Below are positions 20,650-30,992 of a stretch of DNA of 64,000 nucleotides, piece after piece. The position numbers were made by a program, and so were the translations under genes. The notes under the pieces were generated by a model. That model ran no database searches. It had not been told where the DNA came from and saw only the letters and a program-made list of their open reading frames with translations. Origin of the DNA: a virus. Taxonomy: Duplodnaviria; Caudoviricetes. Numbering within the stretch: position 1 is the stretch's first letter; the number at the start of each line of letters is the position of its first letter. Where the stretch lies: the IMG/VR virus record IMGVR_UViG_3300025030_000042; one strand, given 5' to 3'.

Positions 20650-23600
20650 TATTTATTATCTTCCTCAGCGCAAACTTCTCCATTTTCAGTTTTCTTTTCC
20701 ATTTCTTTTTGATTTTCTCTTTCTTGTTCTCCTGGAAGTAATCCGGCAGCTAAAGCACCAAACCCGTATGGTCCAATAGGAGGACCAAAACCAAATGGTC
20801 CAAATATATTCACCGGTGCGACGGGCAAAATGCTACCCGGATTTAATGGTAATCCCAATGATTTTATAAGTTTATAGCTTGGGTCATAAGTTTCCGCCAG
20901 TCCCTTAATTAACAAGGGAACAGTCATCCTCGCCATAGACTCATATCCTTTCGCTCCGGCAGTCGTAAGATTTCTCATATATTCTGCCCTTATTCCAACA
21001 TTATCTCCAGCACCTTCAACATTCGGATCTTCTCTCTTCCACCACATTCTATCTGGAGTTAGTGTTCTAATCAGTGAAAACAGTTCTTTTTTTGTATTTT
21101 CAAACACTTCCCTATCGTAATGTCTTTCCAAAAATACTACATTGTAAATAGAAATCAATGTTAAGAAGCGCTCAAGAGGAAACACAAATCTAAATAATAG
21201 TTTATATTCTTCTGTTTCAACAAGTTTTTGTTTTAATCTTTCTATAATCTTATTTTCTTCTTCACGACCAATAGGCTTATCAGTAGTCAAATCCATTTCT
21301 TCATCTTCTACCGAAATCAATGGAATAGAAAAAACCATATTTTTTTCAAGTGAAAATGCTTTATATTGAACCGCTTTATTTTGATCAATATTAAACTTTT
21401 TCATTATTTTTAACATTTTTGAATCTGATTTAAGTTCTGGAATATATGTAAGTCTCAATCCAAAGTTACCACACCTCTTTTGTTCTTTGCCGAACTCTTT
21501 TTCGGTCAAAAAGAACTGGCTTGGTCTTTGAACAACATCAACTCCTCTTCCGTTCAAAGTTTTTGTTCTAACATATTTTTCTAATATCAAACCACCTTCC
21601 GCATATCTATTTTTTCCTAATGTCTGTTTTCCTTTGACATCAACGAAAAATCTCTCCGATTCTATTGCTTCAGGAACATCTTCCGGAGTTAACATCCAGT
21701 TATTCAAAAAATAATGATTTAATGTTACATTTTTGGGCGATCTAAATATACTCTCTATATTTGAAGATATTTCATTGAGTTCTATTTTTATTAGTTCTTC
21801 CAAATGATAAATCCCAGAAATAAAATCCGGACTTGAGGGATCATTTTTAATGGTTTCATTTGGCTCATCGGTATTGTTTGGATTTATTGTTCCAGAACCG
21901 ATTTCTTTTTTTATTGTATCAAAAATAATATTCTTTACTTCATTTTGTTCTTTATTGATATCCGCCTTGATTTTTTCCACGACAAACTTAACAAATAAAT
22001 CAGAGTTTAGAATGTCCGCGACTTTAAATGTAGAAAATGTAAATATATTCTTTAATAAAACATCCAAAATATAAATCTTAACGATAGTTTTAGTAGCGCC
22101 GGATAATCCAGCCGTTTCTACCGCAGATTGTTGATTGTTTCCACAAACTTGATCAAACTTATCTTTTGTATTTTGTTTTATTTCATTTATATTCAATAGA
22201 CCGTTTTTATTATTCGGCGGACAACTTGTATTAAATGTTTGAACTCTATCGTTTTTTAATAAATCAAGTTTATTAAACTCTTTGATATTAAAAAGAGATG
22301 AGTTAGATATTTGTAATGCTGTTTGTTGAATAAAAAACTGCGTCAACTTATTAAAAACATCGTTTCTAAAATAACTTACAAACTCGCTATCATTTTTAGA
22401 TATTTTATCAATATCATTTTTTAATATTGGGCTCCACAGTTTTACTATAAAATCTGAAAACACTTTTTGTTGTGGAGATGTACTATCATCTAACCCAACA
22501 TTCATTTTAGAAATAATATTTTTTGTTTCAACATCAATATTTTTATTGACCGAAATGTCTAAAAGTTCGGTATTCGTGTCTATAATAGTTCTATAAGTAT
22601 CGTGTATATCTTTTGACTGGAGAAGAAGATATTCAACCAAACTTTTGTCACTCAATAGAGATAGGGCAAGATCTTCTTTTATTTCAGTGATTTCGGTGAT
22701 ATAAGAAGTATATTGTTTTTCTTTTTTTTCTTGTTCACACTCTTTATTTTGCTGTATTAGACCACTGCTCATATTTGATGTATTTACCAATCCACCAATA
22801 GAAGTTGGTTTAGCGAGTTTTGATTGTTCTTTTTCTTCTAATACCGCTACTGTTTGTTCTTTCGTCGCTTTTTTGTTTCGTAGGGAAATATTTTTTCTTA
22901 TTTCCTCAAGTTCTTTATTTCTTGATTTCGTTCCATTGAAAACATATGTTGTGTTTACACTTGAAACACCATCTTTCTTCACAAAGTTATCAACCGTAGA
23001 AAGCGATTGTTTTAAATCCGGAAGTATTGTTATATTTTTGGAATCAAATAATCCTGATAACATATCTGACATAAGAATATTACTATCTTCTTTTGATAAA
23101 TCCGACAGTTTTTTCAATCTTATATCATATGCTTTTTTAAAGTTTTCAACATCCGTCTTCAAACCATCTTGAAGATTTGAAATCATTCCTTGTAGAAATG
23201 ATGATACATCATTTTCAAAAGCAAACTGAATGCCTGAAAACATTACATCTACAGTCTTTTCGTTTAAATAAGAGACCGATAGAGGATCTTTATTCAAGAA
23301 ACAGTTCTTATTATCAAAGTTTGGAATAACACCTTGAAAAAATGATTCATTTAGTTTTGAAAACAACTTTATCTTTTCGGCGTTTCTTTTCTTTTTCTCA
23401 GAAAGTTGTTCATCAATCTGCTTTGAAGACATACGACCTTCAAGTATACATTTCCGAAACTTATCTAACGAAACATTTTCACAAGAATCGGGTATTCTTT
23501 CGTTCAACTGCTCACACACTTTTTTATCAACATATTGTCCAAGCAATAAAAACAGTTCTTTTATTTTTTCTTTATTCGGGAAAATCTTTCTCAAGGATGG

Positions 23601-26219
23601 GTATTTTGAATCAATAAGATTTTCAATAATATTGACAACATCTTGCGGAGGATCTCCGTTGATCAATGAACATACTTCGCTCGGCAATAACATTGCCGAT
23701 AAATCATCAAAAAAGTTCTTTAATATATCTTCGTCGGTTATCTCTGAAGAGATTATATTAAAGTTGACGCCGGCTTTATTTACCAAATCAACAAACGGTA
23801 TATCACCATATCTTTCGCCGTTATTTATTCCCTCGTTAGAGCAAGCATTACACAAAGATTCAAAAATGGTTCGTATTATAGATATCAAAGAAAATGTAAG
23901 TGCTTGTTTTACGGAATCTTCAATGGTTTTGCCAACATCACTTAAAATATCTTCAGTTGGTAGATTATCTGGAACGCTTATCGTCGGCAATGATGGAAGT
24001 TTAAACTTGCTCAATATTTTATCTTTTGAGAATCCAGATATAAAATCAGATAGTAGCGTTGGATCAAATCCATTTATTGCTTTACATATTTCAGATTGTG
24101 GAATAGATTCTCTCATAGCAAGAATCATTTGTTCTGAATCAGTTCCGATATTAGAGCCAGCCGGAGATTCTCTATTTATTTCTATTATTTTATTTTGAAC
24201 GCCCTCGTAGTGTTCCATCGGCAAAAGATTTGACACTTCATTCAAATCTTCATACGACATTGATTCTAATATTGACTGACACCCTATATTAAACAACTCG
24301 TCTGGAGAGAAATCATAAGTCAAACACGATGACACCAACGAAATAAGAGTTTTCAAATCCACTCTGTTCAAAACTTCTTTATAAACATCATCAAGCGTTT
24401 GAACCCTATCGAGAATGGCTACAATCTCCTCACATGATAAAAAATCATCCCCTACAAAATCAACTGTCGTAGAACGCTCTCTTTGGGTGTTTTCTCGGTA
24501 TTCTGTATTAAAGATTTTTAAATCTTCATTTTCCTTTTGCTCCGTCGTCTTTAACGGACCATCAGTATCTATTGTTGGTTTGCCGCTATTAAAATCTGGT
24601 AATGGACAACTATACTCTTGAACAAACTTTATCCAACTCTTTCTATTTGTCCTCTTCAAATCTTTTATCATTGCTTCAAGATAAAAGATATATCCCATTG
24701 TCCTTTCATATTTAACAGGTTCGCTTCTTTTAAAGCAATCAAATCCAATGCGCAACGGAACAGAAACACCCGTTTGATTTATTAAAACATATGCTACTTG
24801 AAAACAAGGCCCTTCAAACCCTATTTCAAATGTATCTTCTTCCTTTTCTCTTAACTCAAAATCATTATCTTTCAAAAACTTTACGAATACTGGAATAAAT
24901 GATCTTAACCTTTTTGCTTCCAAGCGAAGATCTATATCGGTCGTTCCAGTCCATTTATCCGCATCTTTGGCATATTCCTCAAAATCTTTAGCAACATATT
25001 CAATGTTTTTTCTTATCTTTGACGAATAAAAATGTGTTGTCTTCCAATCAAAAGGTATGGATCCTTCAACGTTGGGAATATCTGATAAAAAGTCTGCTTG
25101 ACGCGGAATGGCATCAAAAAACCTTGACGGTATTTTAACAAGAAACTTTAACTTGGAGTTCGGTCTTTCATCAAGAAACCACTCTTTAACTTCGGCAAAC
25201 TGATATGAAGTCATCAGTTTTTGAACATATGTAAAATCTCTTTGCTTATCGTAAAACTCCAACAAAAGTTCCACGCCCGTTAGAAGTGCTTCTTTTTTTT
25301 GTTGTTCCAACTCCAAATCATCGGTAGATTCGTGTTCCGTTGTTATCGTTATATAATAACCACAAGTCGGTTCATCAAAAAAAGGTTCACATTCGGTTAG
25401 TTTTGTCCAATCTGGAAATGGTATTTTGCGTGGCGGAACATTTGATATTTGTTCTATACATTTTTCACAGTTTGTTGGAAGAAGTGGAGCGGTTTTATCA
25501 AGTGGATGAATAAACTCCGCAAAACAAAATACTTTTTTTGTTTTTTGGATTTCTTTAACTTTGTCATATTTCGCATTTAAATCCGTAACTTCAACTTGAG
25601 CCCATAAACACTCAAAACCAACGCCCCATTCTATAACTTTTAATATCGTCCCGTTATCCATCATAAGGATAAGTTGTCCCTTATCCTTTGTATCCTCCCA
25701 AGCGTTTTTGCCTACCTTTACATAAGCAGGAGCATAACGCAACGCAAGTCTGCTCTTTGGATCTTTGGTTAAAACAAAGTGAGTTCCGGCGCCAATATCG
25801 GCTGCCTGCGGAGGATCGGGAACTTTTGGTGATTCAACCTGTTCTGATTGAGATTCTACTGGTTTTGTAGATACAGAGTTTGTGGACTGTCCAGAATCTT
25901 CTTGAATAACACGCCAAGTCGAGTAATCAAGAGTTCCAAGAATCTTATCAAAATCAGCATCAGAAAGATTACCTACTTTTTTGATTCTTTCTTTATTTCT
26001 TTTCTGATATTCTGAAAGATATAATCGCGATTCTTTTTCAAAGTTCCCATAAATATTGGCGTCTTTAAAAGAAAATCCTTTACCGAAGTCTTTTAGGAAG
26101 TTTTGAGCCTTTTGAACCTCTGGAAGACTCTGTAAAAAATCTTGTAGTTTTTTAACAGCATCACCTGTATCGCCAAACTTCAAAGGTGGATCTGTTAGTT
26201 TTTGTGGTAGTTCAGCCAT
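20649..26219 (-). CDS. Large tail-associated protein with N-terminal peptidoglycan-binding and SH3b-like domains, 1856 aa
   Basis: LKFGDTGDAVKKLQDFLQ...GTLDYSTW is PG_binding_1-like; LALRYAPA...MDNGTILKVIEWG...WAQVEV is SH3b-like; remainder helical and unrecognised. Confidence 0.6.
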   Translation of the reverse strand: MAELPQKLTDPPLKFGDTGDAVKKLQDFLQSLPEVQKAQNFLKDFGKGFSFKDANIYGNFEKESRLYLSEYQKRNKERIKKVGNLSDADFDKILGTLDYSTWRVIQEDSGQSTNSVSTKPVESQSEQVESPKVPDPPQAADIGAGTHFVLTKDPKSRLALRYAPAYVKVGKNAWEDTKDKGQLILMMDNGTILKVIEWGVGFECLWAQVEVTDLNAKYDKVKEIQKTKKVFCFAEFIHPLDKTAPLLPTNCEKCIEQISNVPPRKIPFPDWTKLTECEPFFDEPTCGYYITITTEHESTDDLELEQQKKEALLTGVELLLEFYDKQRDFTYVQKLMTSYQFAEVKEWFLDERPNSKLKFLVKIPSRFFDAIPRQADFLSDIPNVEGSIPFDWKTTHFYSSKIRKNIEYVAKDFEEYAKDADKWTGTTDIDLRLEAKRLRSFIPVFVKFLKDNDFELREKEEDTFEIGFEGPCFQVAYVLINQTGVSVPLRIGFDCFKRSEPVKYERTMGYIFYLEAMIKDLKRTNRKSWIKFVQEYSCPLPDFNSGKPTIDTDGPLKTTEQKENEDLKIFNTEYRENTQRERSTTVDFVGDDFLSCEEIVAILDRVQTLDDVYKEVLNRVDLKTLISLVSSCLTYDFSPDELFNIGCQSILESMSYEDLNEVSNLLPMEHYEGVQNKIIEINRESPAGSNIGTDSEQMILAMRESIPQSEICKAINGFDPTLLSDFISGFSKDKILSKFKLPSLPTISVPDNLPTEDILSDVGKTIEDSVKQALTFSLISIIRTIFESLCNACSNEGINNGERYGDIPFVDLVNKAGVNFNIISSEITDEDILKNFFDDLSAMLLPSEVCSLINGDPPQDVVNIIENLIDSKYPSLRKIFPNKEKIKELFLLLGQYVDKKVCEQLNERIPDSCENVSLDKFRKCILEGRMSSKQIDEQLSEKKKRNAEKIKLFSKLNESFFQGVIPNFDNKNCFLNKDPLSVSYLNEKTVDVMFSGIQFAFENDVSSFLQGMISNLQDGLKTDVENFKKAYDIRLKKLSDLSKEDSNILMSDMLSGLFDSKNITILPDLKQSLSTVDNFVKKDGVSSVNTTYVFNGTKSRNKELEEIRKNISLRNKKATKEQTVAVLEEKEQSKLAKPTSIGGLVNTSNMSSGLIQQNKECEQEKKEKQYTSYITEITEIKEDLALSLLSDKSLVEYLLLQSKDIHDTYRTIIDTNTELLDISVNKNIDVETKNIISKMNVGLDDSTSPQQKVFSDFIVKLWSPILKNDIDKISKNDSEFVSYFRNDVFNKLTQFFIQQTALQISNSSLFNIKEFNKLDLLKNDRVQTFNTSCPPNNKNGLLNINEIKQNTKDKFDQVCGNNQQSAVETAGLSGATKTIVKIYILDVLLKNIFTFSTFKVADILNSDLFVKFVVEKIKADINKEQNEVKNIIFDTIKKEIGSGTINPNNTDEPNETIKNDPSSPDFISGIYHLEELIKIELNEISSNIESIFRSPKNVTLNHYFLNNWMLTPEDVPEAIESERFFVDVKGKQTLGKNRYAEGGLILEKYVRTKTLNGRGVDVVQRPSQFFLTEKEFGKEQKRCGNFGLRLTYIPELKSDSKMLKIMKKFNIDQNKAVQYKAFSLEKNMVFSIPLISVEDEEMDLTTDKPIGREEENKIIERLKQKLVETEEYKLLFRFVFPLERFLTLISIYNVVFLERHYDREVFENTKKELFSLIRTLTPDRMWWKREDPNVEGAGDNVGIRAEYMRNLTTAGAKGYESMARMTVPLLIKGLAETYDPSYKLIKSLGLPLNPGSILPVAPVNIFGPFGFGPPIGPYGFGALAAGLLPGEQERENQKEMEKKTENGEVCAEEDNK

Positions 26220-26221
26220 TT

Positions 26222-27145
26222 TTAGTTAGTATTATTCCATCGCGATAAAACATATTTTTGACCTGCTGAAGATAAATAAGTTATTTTGAATGCTGCCAGA
26301 TTTTTCTTAATATTGACCAACGATGTTTTAACTTTTGTTAAATAATCTATTGCCGCTTTAGTTCCTTTAATAGATACTGTTTGACTTGGGGTAGTCGGAG
26401 CACTAAAGTAGGGCGAAATATGCCAATGATTTTGGATAGTTGCGTTATAATCGTATTGAATCATCAACATAGCGTCCACGGCGCCAACAAGAGAATCGAT
26501 ATGAAATGTAAGACGCTCCAACGCCTCTACAAGATTATCACCCTTCGCCATCGGTTGTAAATCTTCGTCGTCATTTCCCGCAATAAGATCTATTCCCTTT
26601 ATAGATATAACCTCCCCACCTTGCGAGTTTTTCAAATCCCCACCCGTTACAAGTTTTATTCCCTCTCTCGCAATGATTCTAACAGCATCAGCTTTTAATC
26701 CAATCGCTGAACGAACTTTACTGTTTCCTACCTTACCCTCCGTTAAATCAAAATATTCGTCTATATCCGCCTTCTGCGAAATATATATCCTTGCCGTATC
26801 TCTTTTAAAATCTGGATCACACCAAAGTTGTTCATTATTTTGATTTATTTTTTTTGATTCCGCCCCTATTCTTCCAACGACAATATCGATACTCGAACAT
26901 TGAGTATCGCCCTTACCCCCATATCCGGATATTCTTGAACCGGAACGATCTTTACCTAAAACGATATAGGCGTTTCCTTGAGAATATACTTTTTCTGATT
27001 TAGTTGTTAGAAAATGAGGGAGTGGTTCCGGAATGATATCGCCAGCAGTTCCGTTTGGTTTAAAACGATCATCCAGTTCGGAAATATATTCTTTAGTTTT
27101 TTCCTCAAATCCGCCTAAATCTATTGCTTTTTTATGATTTTTCAA
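26222..27145 (-). CDS. Putative baseplate hub/spike (gp5 C-terminal-like) protein, 307 aa
   Basis: Beta-strand-rich repeats (IDIVVGR, ARIYISQKADID, AIGLKADAVRIIAREGIKLVTG); lies between the spike gene and gp25; TTG start overlapping the upstream TGA. Confidence 0.5.
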   Translation of the reverse strand: MKNHKKAIDLGGFEEKTKEYISELDDRFKPNGTAGDIIPEPLPHFLTTKSEKVYSQGNAYIVLGKDRSGSRISGYGGKGDTQCSSIDIVVGRIGAESKKINQNNEQLWCDPDFKRDTARIYISQKADIDEYFDLTEGKVGNSKVRSAIGLKADAVRIIAREGIKLVTGGDLKNSQGGEVISIKGIDLIAGNDDEDLQPMAKGDNLVEALERLTFHIDSLVGAVDAMLMIQYDYNATIQNHWHISPYFSAPTTPSQTVSIKGTKAAIDYLTKVKTSLVNIKKNLAAFKITYLSSAGQKYVLSRWNNTN

Positions 27146-27384
27146 ATATTATAAGACTCCAACTTTTTTAAATGTTGTTTAAAAAAAGTTATCTTTTTAT
27201 CATTCCAACCATTATATAGATACATTTCTACTTCTGGTTCTTTTACCCAAAATATTTTATATGCCACTTCATAATCGTCTATATTTTCTGCCATATATTC
27301 TCCAATAACCATATAAATCATTCCAATACTTTTTTTATAGTTGATATGTTCAATCAAATCTCCAACTTTAAGCATTTTTAACAT
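27142..27384 (-). CDS. Small KVGDL-family (SH3/KOW/Tudor-like) protein, 80 aa
   Basis: MLKVGDLIEH...IGMIYMV...YKIFWV pattern shared with ~18 other minigenes in the window. Confidence 0.7.
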   Translation of the reverse strand: MLKMLKVGDLIEHINYKKSIGMIYMVIGEYMAENIDDYEVAYKIFWVKEPEVEMYLYNGWNDKKITFFKQHLKKLESYNI

Positions 27385-29650
27385 CCTTCATCGTGACCAC
27401 ACAAGATTGCGCCACAGATATCTGGCTTGTCGGTATTATGCCTCCGGTAGTGTTGATTTGACCTATATTTGCAACAACTACCGCATAGTTATCGGTAAAC
27501 TCTTTTCCAGTTAACCAACTTTCTTTTGGTAACCTCATTTCATAATGCCATGCTTCGTGTTGATAGTTTTGGATACCAAATAAATAGGAGTTTTCTTTCA
27601 ACCATTTATATAATTTTGTTTGTTTTTGTTGTTCATTGATTTTACTATTTGGAGTCAATCCAAGATTTCCAAGATCAAATGCTAATCCAAGTTCGTGTGG
27701 TGAATTATAGGCTAGCAATTTTCTCCCTTTTTCTATGGAACCATATTTCGATATCAAAACTTGCTCATAATGTTCTCTGCTTTTCCAGCGATGTTGTCTC
27801 CAGCCACTTGCCACTTTTATTTCTTGTTCCCCGGTATCTTTTTGCCACTTCGCATTCATCGCCATAAATCTTTTGGCAACTAATATATGTAAATATTGTT
27901 GTCCCCCAACACTTGGAATTTTTACCAACAATCCACTATCAAAACTCAAAGGTATTCCATAATCTTTAACATACACTCTGCTTTCTTTAAATGGTTCTGC
28001 CTTTTTTAAAGAAACGCCTTGTGGTATCTTCGTTTGAGTTCCAGTTTTTATTTTAGCGCTTGGTGAAGTAGGAGCATTACCTGTAACTGGAGATTTACTG
28101 TCTGGTTGTTTAGGAATTTGATTTTTTGTTGTCTCCGGAGGATTTTCGTCATCCGCGATTTGTTCAGGTTTTGACAAAGTATTACTATTTGTTGATTCAT
28201 TTTTATTTGGACCGACATATTGTAACGCATAATCACCAATATCTCTATGAGACTTGCCATTTAATACTTCAATATTTACATTTTTTACACTTGCCGATAT
28301 TTTATTTTTAAAATCTTTTGCTTTTTTAAATGGCGTTCCTTTTTCTTGAACCAATATATCATATTGAACATTTGAATCTTTGCTTACATATTTATCCCAA
28401 ACGCTTTGAATATAATCTCCAAAATCGCCATCCGAAAAAACAATCTTATTTGGTTTAACGAAATCAAAACTTAGCGATGCTGTCTTTATAGCACCGCCAC
28501 CAGCAGAATGACCAACAATGGTTATATATCCCACATTCAAAGAACTGGAAAAACTTTCTTTTAAAATATTCAAAACTTCTTGGTGAAATCTTCCAAAGTT
28601 ATCCTTTCCCGTCCAAGCACTTGTTTGTCTGCCGGTAGGTGTTTTGGTATTTATACTCCACGGAAGTTCTGGGATTATAATAACAAAGTTTCTTTTTTGT
28701 TCTTTCGACATTTTTTTTGAGGACTGTATAATCCTTTTCTCAAAATCATGTCCATCTCCAAACTCTTTAAATCCGTGGAAATAATAAATAAGTTCTACTG
28801 GCGCTGAAAAATCAGTAGACACTGGAGAATAAATGATTGTTTCTCTTTTTCCGGAAAGATGTTGTTCGTCTTGAAGACCATTGGAAGGCAGATTTCCTAT
28901 CCAGGATATTCCTTTTATATTATTTTTTTCTATTGCCTTCACCCATTTATTTACTACTATTGGAGAAAACTTGTGTCCCTTCAACAACTTATTTTCGCCC
29001 AATACAGAACTGTAAGATTTTCTTGGCAATAATGGAAGTCCTGTATGAGATAACGCTTTATTTTTTCCAGGAATATCCGAGCCTTTTGGAGTATTTGAGT
29101 TTAATCCTCCGGAACAACTGTTGTGCTGTGTTGCTCCACTTACAGATCCAACGGAAGTTGGCGCGGTATTTGTATTATCTACCGGTCGAATATACATTGG
29201 ATCTTGATAGTTTACTTTATCAACAAAATCTACCCACACTAACGAACCGACTTGAGGAGATGGAACTTGATCGCTTTGCGCAATAAATGTTGGATACATT
29301 TCTATGGTCGCTATATCATTATTATTTTCTGGTATTGGTAACGCGGAATGTATTTCTGGTATTCTTGCTTTAATACGGACGAATTTTGGTTTTGAGTCTT
29401 CGGATCCTAAAAAAGAACCAAAAAAGTCAGACACCCAACTTCCTGCTTCTGGTTTTGAAGGAACTTCTTCTACTTGTAAAACGATTGCTTTAAATGGTCC
29501 AACATTTGCCAGGGCATTTGGAGTAAAAACTTGTTCCGTTATTCTTTTAAATAACTTTATTGGGTCGTCGGTATAGAAATCAATCTTTTCGGTGATTTGA
29601 GGGATCTGAATGGGGTTCAGAACGCCGTGAGATGGAATCTTCGGAGGCAT
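27368..29650 (-). CDS. gp5-like tail spike: N-terminal OB-fold + alpha/beta-hydrolase + M15 (VanY-like) peptidase, 760 aa
   Basis: KARIPEIH...PQVGSLVWVDFVD...PMYI (gp5/gpV OB-like); LIYYFHG...IIIPEL...IVGHSAGGG (nucleophile elbow); VASGWR...SPHELGLAFDLG...WLKENSYLFG...EAWHYE (M15B Zn motifs). Confidence 0.75.
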   Translation of the reverse strand: MPPKIPSHGVLNPIQIPQITEKIDFYTDDPIKLFKRITEQVFTPNALANVGPFKAIVLQVEEVPSKPEAGSWVSDFFGSFLGSEDSKPKFVRIKARIPEIHSALPIPENNNDIATIEMYPTFIAQSDQVPSPQVGSLVWVDFVDKVNYQDPMYIRPVDNTNTAPTSVGSVSGATQHNSCSGGLNSNTPKGSDIPGKNKALSHTGLPLLPRKSYSSVLGENKLLKGHKFSPIVVNKWVKAIEKNNIKGISWIGNLPSNGLQDEQHLSGKRETIIYSPVSTDFSAPVELIYYFHGFKEFGDGHDFEKRIIQSSKKMSKEQKRNFVIIIPELPWSINTKTPTGRQTSAWTGKDNFGRFHQEVLNILKESFSSSLNVGYITIVGHSAGGGAIKTASLSFDFVKPNKIVFSDGDFGDYIQSVWDKYVSKDSNVQYDILVQEKGTPFKKAKDFKNKISASVKNVNIEVLNGKSHRDIGDYALQYVGPNKNESTNSNTLSKPEQIADDENPPETTKNQIPKQPDSKSPVTGNAPTSPSAKIKTGTQTKIPQGVSLKKAEPFKESRVYVKDYGIPLSFDSGLLVKIPSVGGQQYLHILVAKRFMAMNAKWQKDTGEQEIKVASGWRQHRWKSREHYEQVLISKYGSIEKGRKLLAYNSPHELGLAFDLGNLGLTPNSKINEQQKQTKLYKWLKENSYLFGIQNYQHEAWHYEMRLPKESWLTGKEFTDNYAVVVANIGQINTTGGIIPTSQISVAQSCVVTMKDVKNA

Positions 29651-29652
29651 TT

Positions 29653-29955
29653 TTATTTTGTTTCATTTATTTCGCTAAATAGATCATTAGCTTCTTCTTC
29701 TGATAGTTCTATACTATTTTCTCCAGTTTCTTTTTTTCTTAATATCTCACCAATTTTAATTAACTGTTCGTTTGATCTTTGAAGCGCTTCAACATATTTA
29801 GCAAGTATCAATCCTGCTTTGGGAATATTTTCTTCATTTTTCTTTATATATTCAAGCGATGTAAGATAACCTATACCAGCTCGATCGCGATCATCGTTGA
29901 TATTTTTTAATGCTTGTATTAATGCTTCTTCTGAGGTTTTACTTTTTGCCATCAC
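29653..29955 (-). CDS. Hypothetical helical protein, 100 aa
   Basis: ORF filling the gap between the sigma factor and spike genes. Confidence 0.65.
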   Translation of the reverse strand: MMAKSKTSEEALIQALKNINDDRDRAGIGYLTSLEYIKKNEENIPKAGLILAKYVEALQRSNEQLIKIGEILRKKETGENSIELSEEEANDLFSEINETK

Positions 29956-29957
29956 AA

Positions 29958-29965
29958 ATAAATAG
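29958..29965 (-). promoter_or_regulatory. CTATTTAT candidate late-promoter element
   Basis: In the 19-bp gap upstream of the first gene of the structural run, just after the sigma gene. AT-rich context makes chance occurrence possible. Confidence 0.25.
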
Positions 29966-29974
29966 ATATATTAT

Positions 29975-30694
29975 CTAAATATCACCATTATTCCAATCTT
30001 GTCTAAAATCAATGTAACATATTTTAAGTTTCTTTAAAACTTGGACTATTTGTTTGGTGTTTAAATCGGTAAGTTCTCTAATATTAAAGTATATTGCCTT
30101 TTTATTAAAAATCTCTATTTTATCGGCATTTTCATAGAGATAGTTTATAGCCCACAAAACTTTTCCTTCTGTAGTAGAAGAATCATATTCATATTTCCAA
30201 TCCTCCATCTCTTTTAAAAAGAAATTATTAAATTCCGACTTTTCTCTCTTTCTATTGTAGGGATTTTCAACCGAAAAAAAAGCATTTTGATCTTCTATGG
30301 AAAGATTTTCATAACTAACTTCCTCTTTCATTCTTTTACTTTTCTTCTTTGTTTGTTGAATGAAAAAGTTTTTACTTATTACTGAAAAATACGAAAACGC
30401 CTTATATCCTCTTTTAACATCAAATTTATTTAATATTGTTACGAGAAAAACCTTACACTCTTGTTTTAAAATATCTATATTTGGAAGTTTATTAAATCTA
30501 TAAGTAAGAACAATCTTATCAACCATTTCGTTAAATGCCGGCGCTATAAGATCATTATAAAGAGATTCTCTGATGTCCCTTAAATCCGTCTTAACATAAT
30601 CCAAAATTGCTTCTTCGTGGACTTTCGTAAAATACAAATTCTTAGTTCTTTTTGCTCGTTTCCGAGTTATTTCTTCACACAAGAGAATCATCAT
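29975..30694 (-). CDS. Phage late-transcription sigma factor (T4 gp55-like)
   Basis: YFTKVHEEAILDY...LNKFDVKRGYKAFSYFSVISKNFFI matches the region-2 KF(D/N)...AFSYF motif of gp55-like sigma factors. Confidence 0.75.
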   Translation of the reverse strand: MMILLCEEITRKRAKRTKNLYFTKVHEEAILDYVKTDLRDIRESLYNDLIAPAFNEMVDKIVLTYRFNKLPNIDILKQECKVFLVTILNKFDVKRGYKAFSYFSVISKNFFIQQTKKKSKRMKEEVSYENLSIEDQNAFFSVENPYNRKREKSEFNNFFLKEMEDWKYEYDSSTTEGKVLWAINYLYENADKIEIFNKKAIYFNIRELTDLNTKQIVQVLKKLKICYIDFRQDWNNGDI

Positions 30695-30992
30695 CCCCTT
30701 CTTGTTCTTCTTCTATTTCTTCAACAATATCATATGTTTTTTTTCGTTCCTTTATTTTTTGAACTACATCTTTGGCGTGTTTTAAAAGTTGTTCTAGCGT
30801 GTCATCTCCGTGAAAAACTGGAAGTTCATAAACTTTTTCTAAATGTAATAAAAAATCTTTTAATAAATCATATACTTCCGTTACATCTTGATACATAAAA
30901 TCTGCTTTCTTAAGAAGTTCTCTAATATACCAAATCAATAAAATCAGAGAACTTAAAAAAACAACATTAAGAAGTATTAAAAATATTATCAT
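30675..30992 (-). CDS. Hypothetical membrane-anchored coiled-coil protein, 105 aa
   Basis: N-terminal hydrophobic helix IIFLILLNVVFLSSLILLIWY followed by a charged helix. Confidence 0.65.
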   Translation of the reverse strand: MIIFLILLNVVFLSSLILLIWYIRELLKKADFMYQDVTEVYDLLKDFLLHLEKVYELPVFHGDDTLEQLLKHAKDVVQKIKERKKTYDIVEEIEEEQEGDDDSLV

